64,000 nt of DNA from Amoeboaphelidium protococcarum X5 (GCA_023515725.1 JALDTO010000237.1:248001-312000), one strand, 5' to 3'; numbered from the stretch's first letter, positions 50,621 through 64,000 are shown. Numbers and translations: made by a program. The notes: generated from the letters alone by a model not told the origin.

Positions 50621-52006
50621 ATGGATGAGGGAGAGTATTAGTGGGAAAAGTTGACGCGCACGTGGGATCATCTTATTGAAGACACATCTGGCAATCTGAT
50701 TGTCGACCCGAATGCTTCAAGTTCTAAGCATCGCCATGCGGTTGGACTCTACAGGCAGTTTGATTCGAGCACTGGTGGGAATAACACTAGCTAAAAGTCT
50801 ATTGTTCGCGGCATAATTCGCTAACTGTATCTACTGCTAGATTTATCAAGTGCCATGCTGGAGCGAAATGATATTTTCAAACCATCGCTGCATGACTGTG
50901 CTATTCGATGTCTTAAACGGTGGATTCAAGAGTTCTTTGACTCAAATCCAGTGGGTCGTATTGGTATAATTGGCATGCGGGATGGAGTCGCTTATAAATT
51001 ACTAGATCTATCTGGTAATCCGCAAGATCACATTAGAGTTTTGAATGAGTTGAATCAATCGGAGCAGTTCAAAGGTACGCCTAGTGTATAAAATGGATTA
51101 ATCATGGCGTAGACTCTGTTGAACACTGTCACTTCAGCAACCACACAGTCTTCAATATCTGGTAACACGTCTACTCCTACAGCATCTCTGCACTCTTCAC
51201 GCGAGTTACTCATAGTAATGGCATCCATATGCACAGTGGATCCAGGTGATATTTGGACTGTTTCCAATTAACTGACTTAATCTAATGTGCGCATCAGCTC
51301 TGTTAACCTATCTGCAGAAGTTCATGTGTGTAAGCGAATATGTAAATAGGCGGGCGGTACTTATAGAGTGGCGTTGGATGAAGATCATCTGGTGGACTGT
51401 CTTAATGAGCATCTTATCCCACCGCCTCTGTCTGAGCAGATTCCTACGTCACAACTCAAGATGGGCTTCCCTACGCGTATTTCTTATCCATCGCTGTGTG
51501 CGGATCATCATTAGCCGTCAAATGAAGGCTATCAGTGTCCCTAATGCAAGTCTAAGCTGTGTACTATTCCGACTGATTGTGTGATTTGCGGTCTCAAATT
51601 AATATCTGCGCCTCATCTGGCTAGAAGTTATCACCATTTACGTCCAGTTGCATTGTACCGAGATGTGGGATTGGAGTTGCATGCAAGAGGCTAGATGTCT
51701 GTACACTGCTTCGGATGTTCAACTTAGGTCAATCTGGTGGATATCCGTCCGGAAGTTATGCCTCCCACATCCACTGGGAAGTCGGGAACTGTGAAGATTA
51801 AGATAAAGTTGAAGAGCAATAAGAAGCAGGTGATTAAAGAGGATTCAAAAATTAATGACTCTTCTATACCAAGTAACAATACAAGAGATTAAGATTTACG
51901 CTTGGAAATGAAAGTGTTTGAGTGTACGCGGTGTAAGTAAAAGTTCTGTCTATAATGTGAGATATTTGTGCATGAGAAGCTCTTCACTTGTCCCGGTTGT
52001 AATTGA
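50621..52006 (+). CDS. SSL1: TFIIH subunit Ssl1/p44 (GTF2H2)
   Basis: YQWEKLTRTWD, RGIIRQLYLLLDLS, EFFDSNP, SREL...TVDPGDI, MGFP, CGLKLISAPHLARSYHHL, FVHEKLFTCPGC. Confidence 0.95.
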
Positions 52007-52108
52007 ATGATACCAACAATAGAATTATGTCAAGATGACTAAAAACATTTAAATACTCGCCATTATTAATTGAGTTATTCTAAACTTAGTACTTGAAATG
52101 ATGTTATA

Positions 52109-52684
52109 TCACATGCGAAGATCAAATCGTTCAAAGCCGCGTGTTATCACAGACATTTCCATCTGGATGCGACCCATAGATTAAGTGACCAGTTTATACC
52201 GATCTTGGTGCAAGAGTGCAGTATCCACATCTTGGAGCTTTGATTGAATGTTCCAGAAATAGGAGGAGAGTCTTTCATACAGTGACATACTCGTGGGACG
52301 CCAGATGAGACACTCTAAACTATGATGCATTCCCGGAGTCAATGGCAAATGAGAAATACCGTAACCATACAGAATCTCCCTATTCTAATCATCAATATGG
52401 TAGACTTCAAATATAATCTTGGGCCATCCTCGAAGACTTTTCACAGAGTAGTGGAGTTCTATTGGCTGCGCAAAGATGGCCTGACCATTTGTTGTTTCAG
52501 CGCTCGAGTCAATCTGAGTCGCACCTGAAGTCAAACCTTCAACCAGCACCCAATTATTATTACTATTATTCTTATTACCATCGCTCTCTTTATCGCCAGT
52601 GATGACTCTGTATTTAACAGTTATTGAAGATTGCGGAAAGTCTCCTGCTTTAACAATTTATCCAGTGAAAAATATCTCTGCCAT
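52109..52684 (-). CDS. B9D2: B9 domain-containing protein 2 (ciliary transition zone, MKS module)
   Basis: MAEIFFTG-Q(TAA)-IVKA, GATQID, FAQPIELHY, LRGWPK, GYGISHLPLTPGMH, WRP, DRYKLVT. Confidence 0.9.
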
Positions 52685-53366
52685 TTGGTACTTTGATGGT
52701 GGAATGTAAAATATGCGGGAGATACAAGAGAAGGAATTGAAACAGTATGAAGGCGCGTACTTTGTAACATTGCTGAAGATTTCTTTCACACTTGGGACTT
52801 TATGCAGGTTATAATGGTTTTAAGGCTTTAAATTAAATTAAATTAGAAGCGCTGAGCGCAACAAAAATTTAATGAGGGATATCCGAAGATTCCAGCCAAC
52901 ATTGAATCCGCGGTGTGCAATGCGAAAACAACGTTGACTATATTCAGGGTACTTGAGCCTGAACATCTCATAAGGTAAGTACCAAAAAGAAATTAGTGCA
53001 AGTGATCATTCCGCTTTTATAGTGGCCCAATGTAGAACTAACGATCGCTTTTCGGTTAAGGCTGATTGATTGCGCGCGCGTCGTTTCAAGTTGAGAGCGT
53101 TACAACTACGGTATGTATGCATGTATAGAATGTGCATCTTTATCTCTCAAAGATTGAAGTTGATGTTATCATTTGCTCACATGCTTGCCATATCATTAAA
53201 TTGAATTTCTAGTAACAAAATTTGCAACTGAGGAATGAGAGTCATGAATATAATGGGATCGCGTTGTTTAGAATTCAATGAGTTAAAATTCAAAAGCGAC
53301 ATTCAAATAAATCAATTTTCACTTTGTTTTAAGTCTCAAGTTTATATAATATATATTTTATAGTAT

Positions 53367-56300
53367 TCATAAGTCATCGAACAGTTACAGGTAACTTCTT
53401 TTGTCTACGATAGATTAAAAATCCTCCACACTCGGCATCAATTACAATATCAGGAAACGCGTGTCATCTCCCACAACTTTTGTGATGTTGCCCAACTTGA
53501 AAATCTTGACTAATCTACTCATAAAGGCTTGCAGTGTTTATTGGTTCGCTTAAGACAACGTTTACACCATCTCAATCTTGAACAGCTGATGCAGACACTA
53601 AGGCTCATGAAAGGCCAAGTGATCACACCATTACTGCCAATCTCCTGTGAATTAAGGTGCACAAGTACCTAAAACATCCACGGTAAATAACACAAACAGC
53701 TTCCACGCGTCATTAAAATCTTCCTCATTCTAGCACTATTTCCAGTAGATATAAAACAGGTCAAATATTTAAAAGTACTATTCAAGACCCAAATGCAAAG
53801 TTTAAATCCATACAGACAACTTGAAAGCCTTTAGCTGAGCATCATCATTGGCATTTAGGATCTAAGAGTATAATATCTTACTCTTGGTAACAAAATCCTG
53901 AATTAAAAAGCATAAACCGACAAAATGCTTCAGAGGAACCACCTCACTTGACATTTACTTGGGAATGTCTCTAAGTAAATTCTTTGCACCATTCATTCTC
54001 AGCAAATCATAAATTCCAGCAATTAATCGTGCATGATATTTACATTCTTCTGCTTGAGTCAAAGTCTGATTGGAGAACTATAATGAGTCAAGACGCTCTT
54101 GGAAGAATTAAACCAGCATATTCTAAAGCGGCTTAATGAGTGTTTGCGCTTTACAGACTCTGTGCACAACTGACAAAGTACCGAATTAATTATCACTCAG
54201 CGAGTAAAACTGTTACAATATCAACTTTACTCTCACCGGCTACACTTGAGACTGATTAGCCAAAATCAAGAGTTACTCCAAACCACTGGACATGATCCAT
54301 TGCAGCACTTCATCTGAGCTTTGAGTCGGCGCGTCCGTAAATAGAGCTAGCGCAAACTGCAGCACTGATTTAGAGTAATGCATATGCTTCTAAACAAAGC
54401 GCAAGGCCAGCGGAATCAATTTTTCATGTTCAAAGCAAATTCGCAAAGCAGAGGACCAGTTGACAAACGGCAGAGGCCCATTGAAAGATAGCAAGATCTA
54501 CAGACAACACTAAACCATGTCCTCATTGTCAGCATGTGATAATAACGTATCATACACCAATTGCAAATAGCTTTCATCTTTGGCCAATCTTGAATAATCA
54601 AAAGGCTCATTCATAGTCTGTATTCGTGCCATGTCAGCTTTACTAGAGCCACTTAACTACTCGGATGGAACACCCAGCGCGATGAAAGCAGATAAAAACT
54701 TTACAACACCAATTATAGATGCTCTGACGGCTTTCAGATCTGCGTTAGCCTTATGTTTGTCTCCACTCTGCGAAAATCCTGATACCCTAAAAAGAATGTT
54801 CAGTGCACGAGACGCCAGCTGCTGATACTATCCTTCAACTTAAAGATTGTTGTGGCAATTCTCATCCATCACACCAACATCTTGAGACCAATAAGAGACA
54901 CCAATTAGTATCTGCAATTACTCTACTCTGGCTTCTCTCAGCACAGATGGATACTTGGCGATTGAAAGATCTGATTAGATTTCCGTCAACACGTTGTAGA
55001 AATCAATCTCATACCGAGGCGATTTAACTACCAAAGAGCGCAGCATCACGGCGTGTGTTCGGTACAATGAACCCATAATACCGTAATATGCAGTGTTATT
55101 GGTCAGAATTATGATGGCTTGTCTGATCAAATTCAAACTATCAGCCTGCTCAAACTCAGTCTCTGAAAAGACAGTAATCAAATGGCAGCATACACGAATG
55201 GCAGCCAAATTGAATTCTAGCTAGTTGGCATCGGCAGTATCGTAATTCAACTTCAATAACACCTGCTTGGCCAACTGGTAAAACTCTTTATACTAATAAG
55301 CAAGCTTCATATTAACAGCGATACTCTAGCCCATTCCAATTAAATAGTATTCGCACTTCTGCATCGACAACGCATCAAAAGTGGATACGTTCTTCAACTA
55401 GGCGGAGGAGTCGCTCTTCAAAGATTCAAACAGTGACCGTAATTTTTGAAATCCCAGAGATTTATACTAATCTATTGAAATAAGATGAGCACATGATCCA
55501 ACGAAATAGAATAGACAATTTTCACCTTACTTAGACTTCTGAGAGCGACCAAATAGCATTTGAAGTAACTAGAAGCACAGATTCTCATTAACATCAAGCG
55601 CATACTAGAATATTACGGCATACGCAACAATTATGGAGCAAAAGAGAGATTCGGTCATGATCTACTCTCTTGCCACAAGACGCTGCCAAAACTCCAGGAT
55701 CAACTAGAGAAGAGGTCCACTAGCAGACGGGTACAGCTGAACTCCACAGGCAACGAAAGCGCATGCAGCAAACTGAACATTTATCTTGCAGTTCATATTA
55801 TTGGACTTTTCAAACTTTTCAAATAGGAGCACCTTCAAAAGATCACCCAGCACACCAACAATTTCATAGTCGCCCATTTTGCTCTGCGTAAACTTTGGCA
55901 AGAAGACTGTAAATAATTAACGGAAATGAGGAAGTCCCTCGGTGATAGTCACGTAAATGTCACTACAGGGTAAGTTGTGCAATGCCATATCTAGCATCAT
56001 GTCATACAACGTATTAGTAACATTCTGCTCTAGTTTCCTTTCTAAAGCCAACAGTATGCGCTCACTAAAGATCATGGACGAGTATGAGTAGGCAAACACT
56101 AATCCAGACGCGACATCAGTAGGAGCTTTAAAGTCCCAGTACTGAACAAACTATTCCATGACGATATCATATATTCTCTGAGCATTCGTAGCCAAATCAG
56201 TCTCGGATTACTGATGCTGAGTCTATGATTTAAAGCCACCCTGAGTAGTAGCCTCTTTCAGTGCCTTAAACACTGGACGTCGCATATTATCAATCTCATA

Positions 56301-58145
56301 CTTGATTAGATTCTCCAACACTGGCAGCACAGCAGTAGGATCAGAAGCAAAGCACAACTCTACTCTCTCCAAGTTCAATCGCTCAAACAGGAACTCTGAC
56401 GGAAGCTGAGCCAAAGCTCTGCAGCTAAACTGATCCACATCTGGACACGTCCCGTCTTCCAATTCAACAAGACCGGAATATGGCAAAATTATACTTTCAA
56501 TAACTTCATTTCGCAATACCATAAGAGGCTCCTACTCACCAGTTGTAACGGCAATCAAACCATAAAATTGCATTATACTGGACCGCAAATCTTGTCCACA
56601 ATCCTCCAAGTGCACAGATTCAACCAACTTTTAAATCATAATGTTCCAAATCTCGTACACCTCCGCAATACTCTATTGCACTAATGAACAGACAGAATCC
56701 AAGATTAAATGCTTTTCAGCCTCTTACAAGTCATCCATATAATTTTCAACCAATTAGAACATTAGAGAAAGCAGTTAGATTCCACATTGATCAGCACGTT
56801 GATGACATAACTAGTTTGCACAGTTCAAAGCAGCATGAAACTTTTTTCTCTTCCATCCTTAAAGTTCACTTTTGATAACAACTGCCGGAGTCCTGTTCAG
56901 AAGTTGATGCAATACATCTAATAGATAGTTCCAAACGCGATTATTCACATAATAGCACTGCAATAGACCATTCAGGGCGTAAATAAATAAGCCATTGCCA
57001 TCACTCTCTAACAACTTTAGATAAAACTTGATCACAATTCCCGTAAAATTGCCATCTTGATTGCACATACTTAACAAATACGGTATGCTCTCAGTTATAA
57101 AGTATTTGACCAGTTCAAAGTCTGAAGTTTTGCCCAATTTATACACCAGAATACTAAAAATTCCACTCAACGAATTAAATGACAGCTGCTACTTGCTAAA
57201 TTTCTTCAATTACTCTCTGAGCTCATCTAAATTCTCGGCGTTTAACAATTTAGTCAAATAAGATAACATACTCTGATCGTCCAATTCATCCTGTTCATCT
57301 CCATAAAACTTGGTCACTAAATAACGAGCATAATCAGATTAAAGTTCCATAGTAGACGGCTATTCAACATTAATAAACTTCTTATTCATTAGAAGAGATG
57401 CACACTACTGAGATAGCGCGCCATCAATAACATTTACTTAAAAGGACTTCCATATCAAGACGGGTTTCACCAACATCGCCAAAGACTCAAACTTGGATAG
57501 CTGTTCTACGATCATATAAATTAGATCCAGCGATGAATTGGTATCCAAAAGTAAATCGCACAACATCAACTAGATTCCAATAGCATTATCCTGGTGACTA
57601 GAACGTAAACGCTAAAGATCATAACTCTAAGACACACCAGAACGGATTGAAGATTTTACATCAACCAGCTACAGCTCTGCTAATAAAGCATTCCAATTTT
57701 AATCCAATGTAAGCATTCTATAAATTCTCTATCGCTTGACATAATCCTTTGAAATTAGAGGGACATTGCGCAAGTAGTCCGCCAGAAACTAAGAGAACCT
57801 CAATCTAGTAACAGCAACCACGAAATCACCAGAATTGTAATGATCATCTAGCTCATAAAATATATCATTAAAGCATGGCAATGGAGGATAACTTGACTAG
57901 ACGACAACATATTTCATCAAATTTAGAGACCACGCGCCATCTTACGAAGAAAGTCTGAGACACTCTGGACGTTCTGAGGCGATTCGAACTAATGGATCAC
58001 GATTCAATGGCAACTGGTCAGATTTCCCAAATTTCCCCACTTATCTCAACAATACGCGTATGAGAGCATCAGGCAATATCTAACGATCAGATACAAAGGG
58101 AAGTAGAGCATCCGACAGCATATCCACATCAGTCAAGGTGTCCAT
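53367..58145 (-). CDS. Large ARM/HEAT-repeat protein, focadhesin/RST1-like (~1590 aa)
   Basis: Five track ORFs share one frame and join with TAR=Gln. Leu-rich helical solenoid; LIKYEIDNMRR and LPFVNWSSAL recall focadhesin motifs. The family call is tentative and I did not check every codon. Confidence 0.6.
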
Positions 58146-58554
58146 CAACTTACAACGAACCCACACGGGAATGTCACCATCCCGGATAAATTTTAATGAC
58201 TCTTCAACGTATTAATTAGGATTGTGCTTCTACTAAAGGAGCCATGTAGAGAGACTATAATTCTAAACATTACCAATATTAGAACTCAACTACTTTTTAA
58301 CTATATCCATAATCTGGTACTAAATGGTATGCCTAATATTCAAAGGGAGATGTTGCGCGTCTTTATTGTTCAGAAGAGAAACTCGCTCGTTCCAAATGGA
58401 AAGGAAACTCGCAATGAGAGAACGTTCTATGAGTGTATTGACACCCAAGAACTTTTCAATACTGTACTATCGGGGAAGGAAAATAGATAAATTTAATTCA
58501 ATAAATATAAAGCAAAGTACCGTTAAAGTGAAACTAATATATTACCGAATTTGA

Positions 58555-60135
58555 TCATAAATTATATTGGGAGAATCGGTAAAGCAGAATGCGGCCTTTG
58601 TCATTACCAACGGCAAAATGGCCGGCAGATGGACTGAATTCCGCACACTAAACGTGACCCAGAGGAGTATTCAGATTTGGCCAATTGCCGTAGACAATAG
58701 ACTAGCCAGAATTAGAATTAACAATCCTCAATTGATCTCTCTTCATTTTGGATCCCATGCACATCAACTCATCATTGCCACCACCACCACCTATCGAGAG
58801 ACAACTAATTCCAGTGGTCAGGTTAGTAAGCGATTTTACAGGTACATTATAACTACCGCGTTTTAGGATGAAATTAGTATCGTACATGGACACTATTCCA
58901 CAATCATCACCAATGTAGGTGTACATCTCGCCAACTTTGAGCTTGGTGGCATGAAGAGCACCGTCCACCTTGAATCGGTTCACACATCGACGCGTCTACA
59001 TGCTCCATATGCATACATTAGCTTCCGCATCAACAGCCACTACAAATTAACCATCAGCGGTGAAATCAAAGTCCCTCAAACCAGCTCCATTGGGGAGAGT
59101 GAGTGCAAACGCAAACAGCTTAGACTTGGCATCGCATATAATCACATCTCCACCATCACCAGCAAAAGCTAGCCACTTGCCATCAGGGGAGAATCTGAAC
59201 CGCTCATAGAATTTATCGGATCTAGTCTGGATCTGAGGTATTTTGGTATCCTTCCCAGTGGCGACATCAATACCGTAGAAAAATTTTCTCCTACCAGTGG
59301 CAATAATCTCTTACCCATCTGGACTAAATTGAGCACTGCGAACTCCACCAAGTTCCTGGAAAAAGAATGAATGCAACTGCTCATTTTCATCTTCACCCAA
59401 ACCATAACTGGACATGGCCTGAGTTCCAATCTTGTACAACTTTACAGATTTGTCAAGAGACGAAGCACAAATAATCGGTCGCTGCACTTGATCATGCAGA
59501 GGGTACCAAGACAAACTAGTAACAACTCCACTGAAATACTTTTTAAAATTCACGTCTTTCAAGCGCGTGAATTCAATTTTAGATTAACCAAGACGCGCCT
59601 TTGTATCTAGAACTGATTTGGTGCTAGCTAGCAATCTTCCGGCTGCAGAGATATCTTCATTGACATCATCATCGTCCATTTGAGCCCACTTTGGACGGCC
59701 ATATATCGACTCATACTACGACCTTAGTCTTTGTTCATACTCACTTACATCCACAGACTCTTCGCTGATATCGCGCCTCAACTTTTTAGTTCTGCTCTAA
59801 ATCAATAACGATACTTGATCAACCGCGGACTTGTCATTATCGCCGCCATCTTGCAAATCATCGTCATCATCTTCCCATACAGCTTTTCTGGATACCGTAC
59901 CAGAGCGAGTGTTTCCAGAATCAAGAATTTCAGCATCATCGATATCACCTTCAGCATTTCCAGTATCCACAACAAACAGATCAGAGTCTTTCGCAGTAGA
60001 CAGCGCCTAGATATTTTAAAACGATTCTTCATTAGACGCGTCAGGCAGCACAGAATGTTTAAATTGAACAGCTCCAAATAGAGCAGATTCCAACTACTCT
60101 TCCTAACTATCTTTCTTACTCTATAATGAAGCCAT
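58555..60135 (-). CDS. UTP18: U3 snoRNA-associated protein 18, WD40
   Basis: EEQLESALFG, AVWEDDDD, YESIYGRPKWA, LKDVN, NLTTGISCL, FSNWP..NTPLGHV, FAVGNDKGRILLYRF. Confidence 0.92.
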
Positions 60136-60322
60136 ATCTTTAATGAAATAGATTTTGCTCAAGAATATTAGAAAAATCAACTGATAGCGGATATAAAAAT
60201 GATCGGGATTCAATTTTCACCGTTTTCACACACAATGCTCTTAAAAGGAAATCTTTAACGCGCGCGGCTTAACAGCTTTACATAGAATAAATGGGAATCT
60301 ACAAAATAATCACTCGTAATAA

Positions 60323-61347
60323 TCATAGAGAAGGAAAGTCCTTGTCTGATAGAGAAACGGTAGTCTACTTTACGGCGAAAGCAGGAAACATTCTGCAAGT
60401 GTTCTGAAACACAATGCCCGCTAGTTCTTCGTACGCGATCCCTTTCAACTTTGACAGCACATACAAAACTTCCACCGCCTGACACGGCTCGTTTCGCCCT
60501 TTCACCATCGCGCCTTCTGTGAAACGCTCCTTCTTCACTGATCGGAAGGGCAAAAGTTCCTTATCTATAAACTAATATGACGCGTGACTTTACTTGATCT
60601 CACACCATGGCGCATCAGTCTCAACAATCAACTTGTCCACAGGTATCTACCGCACCACCTCTAGATTCTCCTCCGTCTTCATGGAACATCCATTAACACC
60701 GATGCTCAGACCGAGTTCCTGTGTCAGCACTTTCATCTCCTCCATGGTGCCAGTGAACGAGTGAACAACTCCGGTGAGTCCGCGACCATATTACCTCATG
60801 ACATTAACAAAATCATCTCCAGTGTTTCTATTATGCAGAAATAGAGGCAGTTTAACTTCAAGTGCCAATTCCAACTACTTGAGAAAGAATTTGTATTAGA
60901 TATCCTTAGGACAGAACTGCAATCTATCATAATCTAATCCACATTCACCGACAGCGATTACTTAATTAGGATTCTGTTAAATCAACTGCTTCAACTAGTG
61001 TAAATGACCATCAGGATCTTTGAGAAATGTCTAAGATTCTGTTGGATGCACACCCACGGTGCAAAACATATTCGAGTATTGCTTGCATACTTCAATGCAT
61101 TATCTGCTTGACTTGAGGGATGTCCCCGTGGCTAGAATACCAGTTACTCCAACCTGATGTGCTCTATCAATCATGAGCTTGAAATCCTCACCATGTACAC
61201 GTTTGCCATGATACGCTCCTCTAAACATTTAATCTACACCATTAAGCGCGTTGTTAAGTATATTAAAACATGTAAGAGCGAATATTATTAGATTAAAATA
61301 CCTGTGACATTAACAGCAATATCAATAATTTAGACCATCTTTTACAT
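60323..61347 (-). CDS. TATDN1: TatD-family DNase (TATDN1-like)
   Basis: IIDIAVNVT|[65 protein letters not shown]. Intron 61234-61301. Start may be 61338. Confidence 0.93.
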
Positions 61348-61629
61348 TTAACTATTATCGTAATAATGCAAAGACTTTATGAATAGCTCTCACAGAGAGT
61401 ATTTCAGTCAGTTGTCGCGTCCAGTATCGCCCAGGCGCTTCTCCTTTGCTTTCAGTTGGATCTGCTGTGAATTGAAGGAACACTGAACGCGCGTTGTTGT
61501 TTCTCTCTCAATTCTCACGCTCTTCTTTCTCTCCTCGTCGAGTCTTACGGTATCTGTCCATCTCTCTCTATTCCTTGAAATTGTTTGAGTGTACCGTAGT
61601 CAGCATTTATTATAGCAATTAAAGAAGCC

Positions 61630-63856
61630 ATGCCGAACGCTCCACAATCCCATGGACCGTATGCTAAGCCAGTCACTGTTCCTAAAGAGGGTGAAAGTGG
61701 TAAGTTTGTACTTATAATACTTTCTTGATGATCTTGAATTTACAACCAAATGAATGTGTGTGTGTGTGTGTAGCTGTGTATAGAAATGCCAATTGCTTAG
61801 ATGGCGTGTTTATGCCAAAAGATGTTACCACTTTGTATGAAAACTTTTAACGTGGACTCAAGATTAGTCCTAAGGCTGTAAGTATGTTCTTGTTACTTTC
61901 AAGCGTGCTCAATATTTATGTATAATGCAACTGTTGTAGAACTGTTTGGGAAAGCGCAAGATCTCGAGCGATGGGAAAGCTGGTCCATATGAGTGGTAGA
62001 GTTTCACTTAGGTGGATGAGAGAGTGACTGCTTTTGGGAGCGGTCTTTTGCAATTGCAGCAATAGATACCTAGCATTGCTTAATCAGCCGCGAGTCATCA
62101 GCTGCCTGTACACAAGTTAGATACTTAGTGGCACGTTGGAATTTACTCTATTAATCGTCCAGAGTGGCTTATTACTGATCTTGCATGTTCCTCTTATAGC
62201 CTGATATCTGTTGCATTGTATGACACTCTGGGTGCAGATATATTGAAGTTTACTATTAATCATGCTGAACTTGGTGTGGTCGTATGTTCTGGTGATAAAG
62301 TTCCCTCACTGTTGAAAGTGGCCTCCCAGTGTCCGTCACTTAAAGTCATAGTATCCATGGATTAGTTTAAGAGTGGTGACAAGTCAACCAAGATTCTGCA
62401 AGAGTGGGCTAAGGAGAAGGGAATATAATTGTTTGATTTCCAGCAAGTCGAGGACCTGGGTAGATAGTCTGTCAAGCCTCATCGCCCACCATAAGCTGAG
62501 GACATATGCACTATCTGCTACACTAGTGGAACAACGGGTAATCCTAAGGGTGCCCTGTTGATGCACAAGAATTTTGTTAGTGCCGCTCATTCTATTGGAT
62601 AACATGGAATAACATTGGAATCGCAGGATGTTCACATTTCGTATCTACCACTCGCGCATTGCTTTGAACGTGTATTGGTTACTTCTATTCTGGGATGTGG
62701 TGCATCTATTGGCTTCTATCGAGGAGATGTTCTACTTTTGGTTGAAGATGTCCAGGAGCTGAAGCCAACCTTCTTCCCATCTGTGCCGCGCTTGTTCAAC
62801 AGAATCTATGATAAGCTGACGGAGGGCACAGTCAAAGCTGGTGGATTGAAAGGATGGCTATTTAGGAAGGCGGTGGCCAGTAAAGTGGCTATTCTGCAAG
62901 ATTCAAAGATTGAGAGTAAACAGAGTGTGTATGATTGGACTCTGTTTGCCAAGGTGAGATAGGTACTTGGTGGAAGGGTGAGATTAATGATTACTGGTAG
63001 TGCACCAATTGGTGGAGATGTTTTGACGTTCCTACGCGCTGTGTTCTGTTGTGAAATCTTGGAAGGATTCGGGTAGACTGAATGCGCCGCTGGCTCCACG
63101 TTGACATTCCCAGGTGATTATACCACTGGCCAAGTTGGTGCTCCTATTATATGTAATGAGTACAAGCTAGTGGACGTGCCCGAGATGGGCTATACAAGTC
63201 GCGACCCGGAGCCGCGTGGAGAGATATGCATTCGCGGTCACAATGTCATGAAGGGTTATTATAAGGATGTGGAGAAGACTAGAGAGACTATTACGGAAGA
63301 TGGTTGGTTGTTGACTGGAGATATTGGAAAGATTTCACCTTCCGGCACTATGGCCATAATCGATCGTAAGAAGAACATTTTCAAGTTGGCACAAGGAGAG
63401 TATGTGGCTGCAGAGAAGTTGGAAGTTGTATTTGGCACTGGGAGTCCTTTCATTGCGTAGATATTTGTGCACGGAGACTCTCTGCAGAGTGAACTTGTGG
63501 CCATTGTGGTGCCTGATTAGGAGCGCATAGTCAATTGGGCTACTAAGAAGTCACTGCTCACCACGCAGGCTGCGAAAGATGCAAGTGCTTTGGTTAAGCT
63601 GCCTCAGGTGAAAGACTTGCTGTTAAAGGAACTTGCCGGCATTGCTCGAAAGGGAAAACTGGCCGGCTTTGAGTTGCCAAAGAACATTCATGTGGAATAT
63701 GAGCTCTTCTCCGTCGAGAATGATCTTCTGACACCATCGTTCAAGTTGAAGAGGAATGTGGCTGCCAAGAAGTATCGCCAAATCATCGATAGTCTATACG
63801 AAGAACTTGCTCAATAGAAGCAACAAGGTGGTGCTAAAGGCAAAGCTCTTCTCTGA
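61630..63856 (+). CDS. Long-chain fatty acyl-CoA synthetase (ACSL/Faa2-like)
   Basis: [29 protein letters not shown](TAG)-[39 protein letters not shown]. Introns 61700-61773 and 61878-61939. TGA 63854-63856. Confidence 0.95.
61755..61771 (+). repeat. (TG)n microsatellite abutting the 3' splice site of ACSL intron 1
   Basis: TGTGTGTGTGTGTGTGT directly followed by AG. Confidence 0.85.
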
Positions 63857-64000
63857 TCTAGTCGATTTTTAATAATTTACTCATAAATATATGATATAAT
63901 TTAACAAGATATTGAATATGTATCTGGTAATAACAATACACAATATCACAGATTCTTTTTCTCCTTAAGCGATTTAGTATTAGATGGTGACTACTACTTG

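Noticed and set aside
2445-63856. Mass pseudogenisation suggested by frequent in-frame TAA/TAG
   Set aside because: The interruptions are only TAR, never TGA or frameshifts, and fall on conserved Gln positions in essential genes.

Overview
Gene-dense eukaryotic nuclear DNA that does not use the standard genetic code. TAA and TAG read as Gln and TGA is the stop (translation table 6 type), so the supplied ORF track only shows fragments. Re-read by hand with TAR=Gln, the window holds about 35 protein genes, mostly intronless. The 9 introns I could place (51-74 nt, GT-AG, mostly near 5' ends) all end in TGTAG. Gene content is fungus-like (PacC/Rim101, DUF1769) plus ciliary (B9D2) and Arp2/3. Together with TAR=Gln this points to an aphelid such as Amoeboaphelidium protococcarum, an algal parasite; this is an inference, not a database result. 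The first ~26 kb is rich in secreted orphan genes: a GPI-type Pro/Gly/Ser surface protein, three tandem secreted proteins sharing a DFY[DN]x[FL]G motif just after the signal peptide (candidate effector family), four tandem small 4-Cys proteins with a shared promoter layout, a further small Cys-rich protein, and a CBA1-like cobalamin-binding protein. The rest is mostly housekeeping genes, with a few oddities: a fimbrin-ABD/coiled-coil fusion, a Sec3 lacking its N-terminal domain, a Cdc20 whose LR tail is followed by TAA-TAG, and a bacterial-type M1 aminopeptidase. All coordinates and translations were derived by eye, and family assignments come from remembered motifs rather than searches.
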